Sequence record: MT710307.1
Reading direction: 5' to 3' (one strand)
Length of the DNA stretch: 64,000 bases
Every line of letters starts with the position of its first letter. Position 1 is the first letter of the stretch. Shown here piece by piece: positions 27,310-39,300 of this stretch. The notes beneath the pieces are model-generated. The model had not been told where the DNA came from. It saw only the letters and a list, made by a program, of their open reading frames with translations, and did no database searches. A program made the translations under genes and the position numbers.

Positions 27310-30300
27310 TTAGCCCGTCTTACGTGAGACGTTTAGACTTGGGGCTGGTTGTGGGTATGTCTGCGTTGACTTCGGTGCAGGGCCACTCGGTGGGCTGGAT
27401 GGCCCCATCGGTGCACCCGTCTGCATCAGCTTCCGCATGTCCTCCAGAATCGCTTTGATATCCTTCGTGACTTGCAGTTGCTGATCCGCAACCGTGGCGT
27501 TCGAGAACCCGCCAGCGGCTGGAGACATATCTGAAGACAGTGGTGCTTGACCTCCGCCTCCAGTCTGTGCAGCGCGTTGTGCCGCGCCCGCTTTGACCTT
27601 CTCCACATCCTTCGGAGAGAGACCATCCGCAGCCGCTTGTTTCGCGACCTCGTCGGCAACGTTTGACATATCGGAACTGCCTGACGCCGTACCACCCGGC
27701 AGTGCGGGGCCGTTCGACATAGTGGCGACTGCATTGTCTGCGGCCATTGCCCCTTTTGTCTCCATTGCCCCGTCTCGGCGGTTTTCGTTATCGGCGGGCA
27801 GGTTTTGGCCTGCACCGGCCGCAGTACCTTCCATGGACGGATCGTTTGCAGCAGCACCCGAGGAAACCGCAGGACTCGATGACGTTGGCGCACCCGGAGA
27901 CAACCCATCAATCGCTTGTTTTGTCTTCGACGGATCAGCCGTCATTTCGTTCGCCGTTACCGCACCCATACGGCCATTCAATTCACGAATGACCTCATCC
28001 AACGTACGAAGTCTTCCTTGTTTGGTGTAGAACACACTTTGGTTCCCTGCCAACACTTTCCGGGTAACCGGTGGTGCCGCAGTGGCTGGTGCGTTCGGGT
28101 TCTTCGCCCATGCTTGCATGAACTGACGTCCACCACCCGGACCTAAGAAGTGATAGAGGTATGCCACCGCAGGCGGTGGTGCCTTACCACCCAAGTCTTT
28201 CTGGGCTTTCATGATGTTATCACGAATGAACTGCACACCCAGAATGGTGTTCGCGTGTGGGTCAAATTGCCCCCCTGAACTGGCCATCAGCTGTCCAGGA
28301 ATACCAAACTGCCGTCCATATTGCCCCAGTTGGGAATCCCAAGTGGAGTTAATGAACTGGAAGAGACCAGCGGCAGACGCATACGGGTTTTTCGCCTTGT
28401 AGTTAAACTTCGACTCGGCATACGCCATCCCCAATGCCACACTCGGTGGTACCCCCATGGAACGCGCAACATCAGAGATCATCTGCTTGATGCGCTCCTC
28501 ACTGTTCAGTGAGCCAATCGGGTACTTCTCTGCCAACTGCTTATAACTACCCGGTTCCACATCCCCGAGCTTGATACCAACACTGCCCGTGGAGATAGAC
28601 GCGTAGTTCTTCGCACCCCCAATCGCATCCACAGCTTGGTTGATGTCCGTTGGCGTACCGGTGAAGGTACCACCTCCGAACCCGCCTGCTGCTTTTGCGG
28701 CCTTCTGGTCTTCTGCCGTAAAGAACGTGGACTCACCCTCGTCCTTGGTCTGGTAGAAGCTCGTGTTGGTGTTCTTGTCTGCCCACTTCGCACGTTTGCC
28801 CATCGGCTTTTTGTCGTTGAGTAAGTTGCGCACCGCAAGGTCAGCTTCTTTCGAGAGCACCTTCAAGGTTTCCAGTTCTTTCGAGACCGAACCGGGGTCC
28901 ATGTTCGGGTCTTGACCAAACGGGTTAATCGCCACTTCCCAGACTGACTGTCGAATATCCGCTTTCATGTTGTAAGCACGGCTGGTCAGTAAACCCAGCT
29001 CAAACAGATAACCCCCGGTCAGTTTCACATTCAACGGATCACCCGTTGGTACGAACCGATGGTAACCACAGACGTAGAACATAAAGGTCGGTAGGAAACG
29101 ACTGGTGAACCACAGACGCAACTTCTCAGACCGGTTCGGGTCTTTCCACCCTTGCGGCTCGATAACGTCCATCGCTTCTGTCCATTTCCCTTTGTACGAT
29201 GCATTCTTGATATCGATGTTCGGCAACACGAAGCGTTCCAGCATTTTCAGCTGGCCCACAATCGCAGGGTCGAGTTCCTTCAAACCGTACGTTTTGAAAC
29301 GAATCGATTCGAGGGCATCTACATCTTTCTGATTCAAGACCGCGAACTGATCGACCTGAATCTGAATTTGCTCCGTACCATCCTCCCACCCGTTTGGACG
29401 TGGGGCGTTCTCACGGTTTTCTTTGTCAGTGGCGGCAAGTGCGCTGAAGGCTTCTTTCACACCGGACTCTTCAATGCCTCGGGCTTCCAGTGCGCCTTTG
29501 TTGAACTTCCGGTTCTTCTTGTCTTCCATACGGCGGTTAATGCCACGCAGGACGTCTTCCTGCACGTCCATGACATCGTCGGCGTCGAGTAAGTCAGGCG
29601 AGGTGAAGGTCACCGCGTCCTTGAACTTCTGCCACAAACTCCGGTCAACATTGCGAGGGTCAGTCAGCGCACGCAGATGTGGGGCATCTTTGGTGAGCTG
29701 GACTTTGTTGAAGATGGACTTCATCTCGGACTTGCTGACTTTGTTTGCGTTCCCGACATCCGCTAACTGGATATCACGCTCTTGGGCATAGAGCGCCGAC
29801 AACCAACGCAGATAAATCGGAATGAAACGCTGGAGCATCATCGCTTGGAAGGCGAGCATCCCGGACTTGTCATCCTCGGCCACACCAAACCCAACGGCTA
29901 ACTCCTGCACTTCTTTCGCGCCTAAACCACGACAAGTGGCTTGTCCCGTTTCATTGAAGCTCACGTACTGCTTCAACTGTTTCTCGAGGTAGCGGGCTTT
30001 AGCACCGTCGTCCGACGACCACTTATCGTAGTCTTGGAAACCGTACTGTGCCAGACGTAAGGTATCGAGGTATTCGGTGTAGGTCGTGGTCGCAATCTTA
30101 AAGGCAGCCCATGTCAGGCCAACCACTGCACCCACGGCCAGAATCACCGGCCAACCGACTGCGGTGACTACCGCACCCGCTGCTGTCGCAACCGGCATGA
30201 TAAGTCCACGCATCGCGGCACTCCCGAGCATACGTGCACCCCCGCTCGCTAACCACCACGCACCCTGACCTAACAGTTTCGCTGGTTTCAGGATACCCCA

Positions 30301-33300
30301 TTTTGCAATGGTGCCCATGACCGACGCAACTGTACCCAGAATGCTCACCAATGGACCAATAACCGGGATGGATTTGAACATGTCCATAATCCCTTTGGCC
30401 TTTCCACCGGAGCGTCCACCCGAACCCGCAGAGGCCCCTTCGTGGTCAGCACGCTTACGGCGGAAGAATTGGAGGTAGTCGCGTTTCTCACCCCCTTCTT
30501 TGAACTTCATGCGACGTGAGAACTTGGCATACATGCCACGGATAAACCCTTCTTGGGCACCGTTCTCTTCCAACGACGACCGCATGGTGTTGAACCAGCT
30601 CACTTCTTGCAGGTTCACCATCCGGTTCATACGGTCTAAGAGTTTCGACCCGATGGACTGGGCTTTCCCCTTGGCCGCATTGAGTGCTTCGGAACCGGCT
30701 TCACCGGCTGCGGCGATATCATCGTGGATCGCATCTTTGAACTTGTTCCGGCTGAACTTGCCTTTACGGTGAAGACGACTGCGATAGAAATCGGCGGTCT
30801 CATCATCACGGCCCGCTAAGCGGCGTTCCACATCGTAACGTGTCCCGATGTCAAATTCAGACTCGCGCATGGAATCACTGAAGTTGTTAAAGCGGTCACG
30901 AACACCACCTGCCCAACCCATGAACCCATCGCGTTTGCCCCGGAACCAATCAGACACACCGGCACGGCCGTTACGGAAACGACGACCCCAACGACGGTTC
31001 AGACGGGCTCTTACCCCACGGCCGAATCGTTGCGCGGATTTGAATGCATCCTTCACACCCTTTCCGCCCCCGGTACCCTTTTCCATTTCCTCAGTCCAGC
31101 CTTCATCCTCTGGCTCCCCCGGCATACGGCGGTTCAAGAGTTTGTAGATACGGATAAGGATGTGGTTGGTTTTCTTGCCGGTGGTGTTCAGGCCACCGAA
31201 CAGGGAGTTGTTGCTGAAGAAGTCACCTCCCCCTTTCCCTTTAAACCAATTGGCAATCGGGTTGTTGGTTGCCAGATGCTTGAGTCGCCCGGCCCCTTTA
31301 CGGAGCATATCCGGGATACCCATCACAAGGTCTTTGCCACGAGACAACAGACTGCCTACCCGACCGATGATACGCTGGAGCGGTGACTTGATGTCACGAC
31401 CCCATTTGTCCACCAGTTTGAAGTCCGGGTTCTGCATCTCTTGTGCGGTGATAATGTCGTTACCGGCATCGTCCACGATCGGCCCGGTGATGTCCTTCAC
31501 AGAGAAGACCGGGGTCTTTGTGGCTTTGAGCAAATACTTACCTTGACGCATCAGCATAGACGTCATACGCGGGAAGGTTTCCCCTTTCACGTAGATGTCC
31601 GGTGCCGTGGTGAACCACTCTTTGATACTCTTGGCTTTCGGGGATAAGCGGTCGAGTACCTTCTTCGGTGCCTCGATGACTTTCCGCAGGAAGCTGCCGG
31701 ATTTGTGGGACATCGCTTTGAACAGCGACTGGAGTTTCCCGCCTTTGTAGTAACTGAGTTTACCCGCTGCTGCTAAATCGGCCGCAGAGAGAATCACGTT
31801 ACCGGCGTTGTCGAGGATGTCCATCCCCAACTGAATCTCATCCAACGTTTTCGGGTTATGGAGGTGGTTGCCGTCTTCGCTCAGCTGCCAGTATTCCCCG
31901 GCTTCTAAACGTTTACCTTGCAAGACCACTTTGCCCCGCTCGTCGTAGACATCACGTACACCAAGCAGACCCTTCCCGAATTCCAGTGCGGAACCAAAGG
32001 CACCTGAGATACTGCCCCCCGCCAAGCCTTTGAGTTTGGAGAAGATACCCGGATCGTCGCCCGCAGAAAACTTGCCCCTTGCCCAACTGCCGAACTTCCC
32101 TAAGCGGTCTTTGGCACCCAAGACACCGCGCTTGGCCAGATTGAACCCACTGCCAGCCGTATCGAACAGAATACCGCCCCAACGACGCAGCAACCCTGAC
32201 TCACCGAGCACGATACGACGACGGCGTGGGCCACCCCCGCGAGGTGCAGGCCCGTCACCATCTCCACCGCCAGTACCGGCCCCGTCAGGGCCACTACCAC
32301 CTTCCAGCGAGGCTAACAGCACACCCTCTTCATCCATGTTCTTCACATGTTTGAGGATTTCCTGGACATAGGTGGTTACGTTCGTTGCACGGATAGCCTC
32401 TATAAGCCTGTCAGTCTCTCCTGACGCGTTTTTACGGTCTTGACCACCTAACAGGTCGACTAAGTTCGTCTCGGTCTCTCCGTAGAGCACACGCGCCATT
32501 TGACGGGCTGTAATGCCACCGCCGTAACGCCCTTTCCCTCCGGCCACATCATTCAATGCGGAACCGGCTGATAAGGTGTCTTCTATCCCAGCGTCTTCCC
32601 CGAACTTACGACGGATGTAATCCGCAGTAGCAGAACCGTTTTGCAGTTTGCGTTGCAGTTCTTGTTCACGGGTCAATGCACGGCCGGTACGGGTCTTACC
32701 CATGCGGGTGTCATTGAACATCGTGTACGGGTCAACGAAATCTTTATCTGCGGCAAAGACGTTGTTCTTCTTGTCGTAGTTAAAGATACCGGCATCACGG
32801 AGGATACGTTCCCCGTAGATAGTCGCGGCTTGGTCAACGGCCTCCTGACGACGTTTGTAATGCACCTGCACCGACGAGATACGATCGTGCAACTCGTTTG
32901 ACAGGCCCCAGTTCTCACCCGCGGTTCCCGCTGCCACATGTTTCAGGGCATCGACCACCTTACGAGCTGTGTTACCGCCCATGTAACGGAAGAGTTGGGT
33001 TTGGTCTTTGATGATGGCATCGACGTCCATGGACTTGCCGGTCGCGGCACGCGACTCGATGTAGTCCGCCAGTTGTTGACGCTCTTTCGGTTCAAGCGTT
33101 TTCTTCTGGTCGATGTAATCAACGACACTGTTGATAGATTCCTGCGTTTTTTGACGACCTTTATCGTCTGCCAGTCCTTTACGGACACGGTCGGCTAAAT
33201 CGCGGCGGCTGGTAATGCCGCGGGTTGTCAAGTCGTATTCAACGTCAGCGTGTTCGCCGTAACCACGACGAATTGATTTGTTGATTTCAGACAGCAACGC

Positions 33301-34698
33301 AGGAAGTGATTCAACCACGGTGAGGTAGAACTTGCGGTCAAACTTCGCCGCACGGTTCAGGTTCTCGACGTTACGCTCATCGAGGAACACGTTCTCCCGT
33401 TTCATGGGATCGACAATACCGAGGGTGTTCCCCATGCGGAACAGGTTGGCTAAGAACCCTTCGCTTTCTCCTGCAATCGCGGAGTTGGAAATTGTCCCGT
33501 CAGTGGCACCACGCGCAAGGAACTTTGCACGCTCAATCGCGGACATCGCCTGCGGGTTATCTTCTAACCACGCCTTGGATTTCCCTTGGCCTTTTTCAAC
33601 CAGTGGCCCCAGCAGCTTCTTGGCAAGAAACTTGGTGGCCCACCCGGTGGCTTTGTCTCGACCGTTCTTCTTACGGGCATCCGGTGACAGGGAGGAACTG
33701 TCTTCCATCCCAAAGTCATCTTCAACACCCATCCCCATTATCGTCTCAAGAATCCCACGACCGTCAGAGAAGGCACCCGAGATTTTCTTCGTGGCTTTCT
33801 GACGAATGGAGTCCATGAACCCTTCGGCGTATTTCAGGGGGTTCATCCACTCAGCTGCTTGACGACGAACGTGTGCCCAGCGAACTTCTGAGAAGTCCTC
33901 TTTGGCGTAGTCCGGCAGCGCGGTGTTTTTGACGATGGCTTCAAGGGCCGGGGTGTTACGGTCAAACTCGGTCTGCTTGAGTTTGGATAAATCTTGCAAG
34001 GCAAACAAGGTGCGATACTGGAGTTCCAGTTGCTTACGTTCGACGTTGAGCAACACCCCACGGGTTAAGGCTGCCGTGGAGTTTGTGTCGCGGGCAATAC
34101 TCAGTACCGCATTGAGCATCGCGTCGGACTTCATGTCCTTCACGCCATCACGAATACGATCTTCGGTGGCTTGCTGCTGCGCATCGCGTTGTTCTTGCGC
34201 GGTCATTGGGGCGTCACCGCCACCACCCTGACCGTTAAAGACTTCCGCCATCATGCGGTCTAAACCGGCCTGTTCAGGATCGTATTTGCCGCCCTGAATC
34301 TCGTCACTGCGTGCCCATTTATCTACACGGCGCGTAATCGCATCAGGTAAATATTTCTTCATTGTTGGGCCAAGCTGACGGGCTTGGTTCTTAATTACAC
34401 GCTCTGTCTTGACCAGCTCGTCTTTGGTATGAGCGTAAACATCTTTTGCGACCGATTTGGCGTCTTGGTAGCCCTTGTACGCATCGGTGGCAGAATCGGG
34501 CATACCTTTTAAAATGACCTGGTCGCGTTTGCCTTCTGGCCAAATTGCTGACAGCGCGGAACGCTTAATCGTGCGACCGGTCTCCAAGATTGGGTTACGT
34601 TTTTTGTCTTTGTTCCGAGGCGGCTCGTCAAAGTCATTCCAATCAAGATCAAGGTTGTCGAAGTTAAAATCGTCGACACCATTTTTCTTTTTTGCCAT
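27310..34698 (-). CDS. Tail tape-measure protein with lytic transglycosylase domain (phiKZ gp181-like)
   Basis: About 2460 aa, with SLT motifs ALGMAYAES and AAGLFQFINSTW near the C-terminus and a hydrophobic TM-like block (IPVIGPLVSILG...WPVILAVGAVVGLTWAAF). Confidence 0.9.
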   Translation of the reverse strand: MAKKKNGVDDFNFDNLDLDWNDFDEPPRNKDKKRNPILETGRTIKRSALSAIWPEGKRDQVILKGMPDSATDAYKGYQDAKSVAKDVYAHTKDELVKTERVIKNQARQLGPTMKKYLPDAITRRVDKWARSDEIQGGKYDPEQAGLDRMMAEVFNGQGGGGDAPMTAQEQRDAQQQATEDRIRDGVKDMKSDAMLNAVLSIARDTNSTAALTRGVLLNVERKQLELQYRTLFALQDLSKLKQTEFDRNTPALEAIVKNTALPDYAKEDFSEVRWAHVRRQAAEWMNPLKYAEGFMDSIRQKATKKISGAFSDGRGILETIMGMGVEDDFGMEDSSSLSPDARKKNGRDKATGWATKFLAKKLLGPLVEKGQGKSKAWLEDNPQAMSAIERAKFLARGATDGTISNSAIAGESEGFLANLFRMGNTLGIVDPMKRENVFLDERNVENLNRAAKFDRKFYLTVVESLPALLSEINKSIRRGYGEHADVEYDLTTRGITSRRDLADRVRKGLADDKGRQKTQESINSVVDYIDQKKTLEPKERQQLADYIESRAATGKSMDVDAIIKDQTQLFRYMGGNTARKVVDALKHVAAGTAGENWGLSNELHDRISSVQVHYKRRQEAVDQAATIYGERILRDAGIFNYDKKNNVFAADKDFVDPYTMFNDTRMGKTRTGRALTREQELQRKLQNGSATADYIRRKFGEDAGIEDTLSAGSALNDVAGGKGRYGGGITARQMARVLYGETETNLVDLLGGQDRKNASGETDRLIEAIRATNVTTYVQEILKHVKNMDEEGVLLASLEGGSGPDGAGTGGGDGDGPAPRGGGPRRRRIVLGESGLLRRWGGILFDTAGSGFNLAKRGVLGAKDRLGKFGSWARGKFSAGDDPGIFSKLKGLAGGSISGAFGSALEFGKGLLGVRDVYDERGKVVLQGKRLEAGEYWQLSEDGNHLHNPKTLDEIQLGMDILDNAGNVILSAADLAAAGKLSYYKGGKLQSLFKAMSHKSGSFLRKVIEAPKKVLDRLSPKAKSIKEWFTTAPDIYVKGETFPRMTSMLMRQGKYLLKATKTPVFSVKDITGPIVDDAGNDIITAQEMQNPDFKLVDKWGRDIKSPLQRIIGRVGSLLSRGKDLVMGIPDMLRKGAGRLKHLATNNPIANWFKGKGGGDFFSNNSLFGGLNTTGKKTNHILIRIYKLLNRRMPGEPEDEGWTEEMEKGTGGGKGVKDAFKSAQRFGRGVRARLNRRWGRRFRNGRAGVSDWFRGKRDGFMGWAGGVRDRFNNFSDSMRESEFDIGTRYDVERRLAGRDDETADFYRSRLHRKGKFSRNKFKDAIHDDIAAAGEAGSEALNAAKGKAQSIGSKLLDRMNRMVNLQEVSWFNTMRSSLEENGAQEGFIRGMYAKFSRRMKFKEGGEKRDYLQFFRRKRADHEGASAGSGGRSGGKAKGIMDMFKSIPVIGPLVSILGTVASVMGTIAKWGILKPAKLLGQGAWWLASGGARMLGSAAMRGLIMPVATAAGAVVTAVGWPVILAVGAVVGLTWAAFKIATTTYTEYLDTLRLAQYGFQDYDKWSSDDGAKARYLEKQLKQYVSFNETGQATCRGLGAKEVQELAVGFGVAEDDKSGMLAFQAMMLQRFIPIYLRWLSALYAQERDIQLADVGNANKVSKSEMKSIFNKVQLTKDAPHLRALTDPRNVDRSLWQKFKDAVTFTSPDLLDADDVMDVQEDVLRGINRRMEDKKNRKFNKGALEARGIEESGVKEAFSALAATDKENRENAPRPNGWEDGTEQIQIQVDQFAVLNQKDVDALESIRFKTYGLKELDPAIVGQLKMLERFVLPNIDIKNASYKGKWTEAMDVIEPQGWKDPNRSEKLRLWFTSRFLPTFMFYVCGYHRFVPTGDPLNVKLTGGYLFELGLLTSRAYNMKADIRQSVWEVAINPFGQDPNMDPGSVSKELETLKVLSKEADLAVRNLLNDKKPMGKRAKWADKNTNTSFYQTKDEGESTFFTAEDQKAAKAAGGFGGGTFTGTPTDINQAVDAIGGAKNYASISTGSVGIKLGDVEPGSYKQLAEKYPIGSLNSEERIKQMISDVARSMGVPPSVALGMAYAESKFNYKAKNPYASAAGLFQFINSTWDSQLGQYGRQFGIPGQLMASSGGQFDPHANTILGVQFIRDNIMKAQKDLGGKAPPPAVAYLYHFLGPGGGRQFMQAWAKNPNAPATAAPPVTRKVLAGNQSVFYTKQGRLRTLDEVIRELNGRMGAVTANEMTADPSKTKQAIDGLSPGAPTSSSPAVSSGAAANDPSMEGTAAGAGQNLPADNENRRDGAMETKGAMAADNAVATMSNGPALPGGTASGSSDMSNVADEVAKQAAADGLSPKDVEKVKAGAAQRAAQTGGGGQAPLSSDMSPAAGGFSNATVADQQLQVTKDIKAILEDMRKLMQTGAPMGPSSPPSGPAPKSTQTYPQPAPSLNVSRKTG

Positions 34699-34727
34699 TG
34701 TATTTACTTCCAATTCAGGAGCTTAAC

Positions 34728-36341
34728 GTGAAGAAGCTAAACTGGGTTGACATTTACTTGTTAAACGTCAACAAGTCCCTGGTGTCTCAGCTAAGACAAA
34801 TTACTACTACCGACACGTTCCAGGGCATGACGAAAAACTTCCACCCGGAAGGACTTTACTCAACCGAAATCTTCGGCCTGACAGGTAGCGAGCAACGTGA
34901 CGCAAGCTGGGCATACATCGATGTTAAATTAGACATCATTTCTCCAACGGTTTGCTTAGGGCTGTTTGGCCTAAAGAAACTTTATGAGGACATTTGCGCA
35001 GGCAAACGCTTTGCGGTGTGGAATGAGAAAGAAAAAGATTTTGAACCGGCCCTGCCCAGTGATAAAGGCGCAGACACCGGTTATAATTTCTTCTTGTCCC
35101 ATTACAAGGAACTGGCCCCCGCCCGTAACGACTCGTTACGCCGTGATGACTCACTTGACTTCTTCTTCAAATTCCGCGACGTCAGCCTCAGCCGCTATGT
35201 GCTGGTTCTGCCCGCAGGTCTGCGTGACCTGATTGTGCGCGAAGACGGTCGTGACCAAGAAGAAGAGATTGGGGGGATGTATCGCCGACTCATTTCGTTG
35301 GCGCGTGCAGTGCCTGACCGCAACGTGCGTACCGAATTGACTGACCCGGTTCGCTGGAAACTCCAGCAAGCGTACAACGACATCTGGATGTACTTCTTTA
35401 ACATCCTCGATGGGAAAGGCGGCTTTGCGCGACGCAAGGTTACCTCTCGTAAGTTGCAGAACGGCACACGTAACGTGTTGTCCTCGTTCTCGACCGGGTC
35501 GAAGGTCATGGGTCGTGAAGACCAAGTGCGAGCCACAGACACCCGTATCGGTTTGTACCAAGGTTTGAAATCACTCTTGCCGGTGGCGCAGTATAACATT
35601 CGCGAACGTTATCTGTCCCAAATCCGTGCCGGTGATGGCAACCTTTATGGTATCAACACCAAAACGCTCAAACGCGAACTCCTCGAAGTGCGCGGGAAGG
35701 TCTATGACCTGTTTACTACCGATGACGGTATTGAGCGGTTGATTAACCGACTGGAAGTGACTGAGGCGCGCCACCAACCGTTGATGATTGACAAAGACCA
35801 CTTCGTTGCGCTGATTTATCAGGACAACAAACATTTTAAAGTGTTCTTCGACATCGACGATTTGCCAGAAGCCTTCGACCGTAAAAACGTTCGTGGCATC
35901 AGTTTAGGTGAACTGCTATACCTGTCAGGGTATGACCTCTGGAATGACTACTTCATGTTCGTGACGCGCTATCCGATTATCGGGCGCGGTTCGACGTACT
36001 CCTCGACCATAAGATTGGAGACCACCATCTCTTCCCTCTATATTCACGAGCTGGAAGATGACTGGTTAACGCCCAAGAAGAAAGGGGCAATCTCCTTCCC
36101 CGACAACCGCGTTGCGACGTGGGTCGAATCTATGGCACCGCACCCTTCACGACTGAAAGGGTTGAACGGGGACTACGACGGCGATATGGGTTCCGGCAAC
36201 GTGCCGTTCTCAATTGAAGCATTAGAGGAAAACCGTCGTTGGGTAAACTCCAAGAACTACTGGTTCACGACGGATGGCAGTTTTAAAGTGCAGCCTATAA
36301 ATGACGTGATAGAACGGTCGATTAACGCGCTGTTATTGTAA
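34728..36341 (+). CDS. Virion RNA polymerase beta-prime subunit, N-terminal/catalytic part
   Basis: GLYSTEIFG, VLVLPAGLRD, TRYP and the catalytic-loop variant LNGDYDGD (NADFDGD). GTG start behind AGGAG. Confidence 0.92.
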   Translation: MKKLNWVDIYLLNVNKSLVSQLRQITTTDTFQGMTKNFHPEGLYSTEIFGLTGSEQRDASWAYIDVKLDIISPTVCLGLFGLKKLYEDICAGKRFAVWNEKEKDFEPALPSDKGADTGYNFFLSHYKELAPARNDSLRRDDSLDFFFKFRDVSLSRYVLVLPAGLRDLIVREDGRDQEEEIGGMYRRLISLARAVPDRNVRTELTDPVRWKLQQAYNDIWMYFFNILDGKGGFARRKVTSRKLQNGTRNVLSSFSTGSKVMGREDQVRATDTRIGLYQGLKSLLPVAQYNIRERYLSQIRAGDGNLYGINTKTLKRELLEVRGKVYDLFTTDDGIERLINRLEVTEARHQPLMIDKDHFVALIYQDNKHFKVFFDIDDLPEAFDRKNVRGISLGELLYLSGYDLWNDYFMFVTRYPIIGRGSTYSSTIRLETTISSLYIHELEDDWLTPKKKGAISFPDNRVATWVESMAPHPSRLKGLNGDYDGDMGSGNVPFSIEALEENRRWVNSKNYWFTTDGSFKVQPINDVIERSINALLL

Positions 36342-36361
36342 CGTCTCTTTAAGGACTACCA

Positions 36362-39300
36362 ATGCTTCTCATTAAACAATTCAACCAGCGTTTCTCAGTG
36401 CGACGCACAGATGAGTTCGGGAAACCGCGCATCATCCCGCTTGAGAAACTCCAGATCCCGCGTGGGTCTGTTTTCCACACGGTCGACCTCGACCAAGTGG
36501 TGCTGGCTCCGCCGGTGACCACGCCGTATTTCCAAGAGCTGGAGAAGCCCGCTCAGATTCGCCACCATTATCGTTTGCCGGAAGATGGGATTTCCGGTAA
36601 GCCGATTCCGGTACCGGTACAAGGTCAGGAACGTCAGATTCTGGCCTACCACCGCGCGAACCGTCGCTTCCGTCGTCTGACGGACGACACCTTAGTCCGT
36701 CGCGATCCGAAAGTGTTGCTCATCGAGAACTACACCCCGATGCTGCCACACTACCGTTATCCTGACACGCTGATGTCATGGTACGATCGCCTGCGTAACA
36801 TTCAGGTGTTAATCGCGAACCAATTTAAGTACGACACCGCAGAGTACCTGCGTCAGAACTACATCATCATTAACCTCGGTTCTACCCTGCCGTCGTTTGA
36901 TAAGTTCAAAACCACCTACAACAACCGTATCAAGAACAAGCTGGAGCACTTCCAGTCTATCGAGCTGCTGTGGCTGCTCGACTTGTTCGGTTGGGCGCGT
37001 GGCGACCAGAAGGACACTCTGTTTGCAGGCATGGACATGACTCAACTGTCCCGCATGAACTTCATCTTTACCCACAACAGCGGCTTCACGTCGATGAACA
37101 TGGGTGTGGTGGAGCGTATGCGTAAGTCTGCCGGTGGCCGTTTAACCGATGATGTCATGTCCCGTCACTTCTATCGTACCCTGATTCAAGTGATGACCAC
37201 CCAACCGTCTGACAAGTTCGAAACCGAATTTGTGACGCCGGAAGGGGAAGAACAGACTGTCATGCACGATGTTGAGAACGACGACATCGTTGAAGGCTCT
37301 GATGACATCACCGATGAAGATATCGTCAATGACGAACCGGTTGTGAATGACGACGACGTGGACTTTGACACCAACGAAGACTTGGTGATTGAAGCACCGA
37401 AAGAAGACGTCAAGCCAACGACCATCGTTGTTGAGAAAACCATTGATCACGCGGCAGTGATTAAGCAAGAAGTCGAGAAGTTGGCCGAGGCCGGACGTGT
37501 CACTGCGAAAGCATACAAGTTCCTGAACGAATCCAACCAACGCTTCAACCAATTGCCGAACCCGTACAATCCAAAAGAGACGTACGAGCAAGCGTTAACC
37601 TATTCGGTGAAAGACATTGAAGTCAAGCCGAAGAAAACGCTGGTTAAACCCCTTGTCACAACCGAAGACTGGACGCAGTCAACTGTTGATGCCATGGACA
37701 AGCAGTACAACAGCGTCGTGTTGCCGAAAGACATCCTGTCTGCTGTTGCGTCGTCCCAGCGTTTGGGGATGGCGATTCATGACCACAAAGTGGAGAAAGA
37801 GATTTCCGTTACCGGGAATATCGAACACCACACGGTTCGTCTTCAACCAATCGGCGGGGAGCCAGTAACGGTCCGTTTCCAGACTCCTGCATTGACCGAA
37901 GATGGAACGTGGATGGCAAATGGTACTGAGTACACCATGCGTCGTCAGCGTGTTGATTTACCGATTCGTAAAGTCGATTTCGACACGGTCGCTTTAACCA
38001 CTGCCTACGGTAAAAACTTTGTAAGGCGTAGCGATAAGGTAGCGAACGACTACGGTCGTTGGTTAACGAACGCAATTATCGTGCAGGCGGTTGACCCGAA
38101 GAACACCAACGTCACCGATGCCAAACTGGCAAACGTGTTCGACCCACTCAATACCCTGCCACGGCAATACACCATGGTAGCGCGCCGAGTATCTGGCTTC
38201 AACGCCATGGGCTATCAGTGGAACTTTGATTCGAAGAAACTCAATGATTTCTTCGGGGAAGAGGCCGTGAAAGCACTGGAAGCGAAAGAGCTGTTACCGG
38301 TTGCGAAAATGCGTGGGAACAAGTTCATCGGGATGGATGAAAACTCGCAAATCTATAAAGTCGACGGTGACAAGATGGAACCGCAGGGTGACCTGGCCGA
38401 CTTCTTAGGTGTGGATGCGACTAAGTCTCCACGCGAGATGACCGAGCTGTCACTGATGGGCACATCGTTGACACTGGGCTTCATTTTCTCCTACTACCTC
38501 GGTCTTACCGGGATGCTCAAACACTTCGGGATTCGTTACGAGGTGTTGCCGCCGGGTAACCGCATCGATAAAACGCTGTACGATTCTGTTATTCGTTTAG
38601 CAGACTCGAAAATTGTAGTGATTTGTGACAATGACAAACAACGGATGATTGTCAACGGTCTGGATAAGTATCTGAAACTCCTGACCACTTACACGGAATC
38701 GGAAGTCGATCGTGAAGACATTTACCTGAACCTGATTCGGGATGCAGATGGCCTGACACCTCGGTACATCAATGAGCTTCGATTAATGCGGACCGCGTTC
38801 GTCGATGACATGCACGCTCGTATCCTCAGGAAGATGGGGGAACCGGAAACCTTTATCGGGTTGTTAGAACGCGCGAACGAAATGCTGCTGACTGACTACA
38901 CGAAACCGGAAATCAACGGCGACGAAATGATGTTCGTCGGCAACCAACGTATTGCGTATCACGTCTACACGGCGATGGTGCGAGCAATGCGTAACTATCA
39001 AAACGCACCGGGCAGTAACCGTCGCTTTGAATTGAGTCAGGATATGGTGTGGGGCGCTATTAACTCTGACCCAAGTGTGCTACTGGCACCGGGTGCAAAC
39101 CCGATTCAGTGCACCAAAGAAAAAGACGTGATTACCATGGGCGGGACGGGCGGTCGTAACCGTAAAACGATGGTGTACCATACGCGTGAGTTCCAGGAAT
39201 CTGACCTGGGTATCGTGTCGGGTAACACGGTCGATAACGGGGACGTAGGTATTACTGCCTTCCTGACCAACAACCCACGGTTTGATACGGTTGACGGCAC

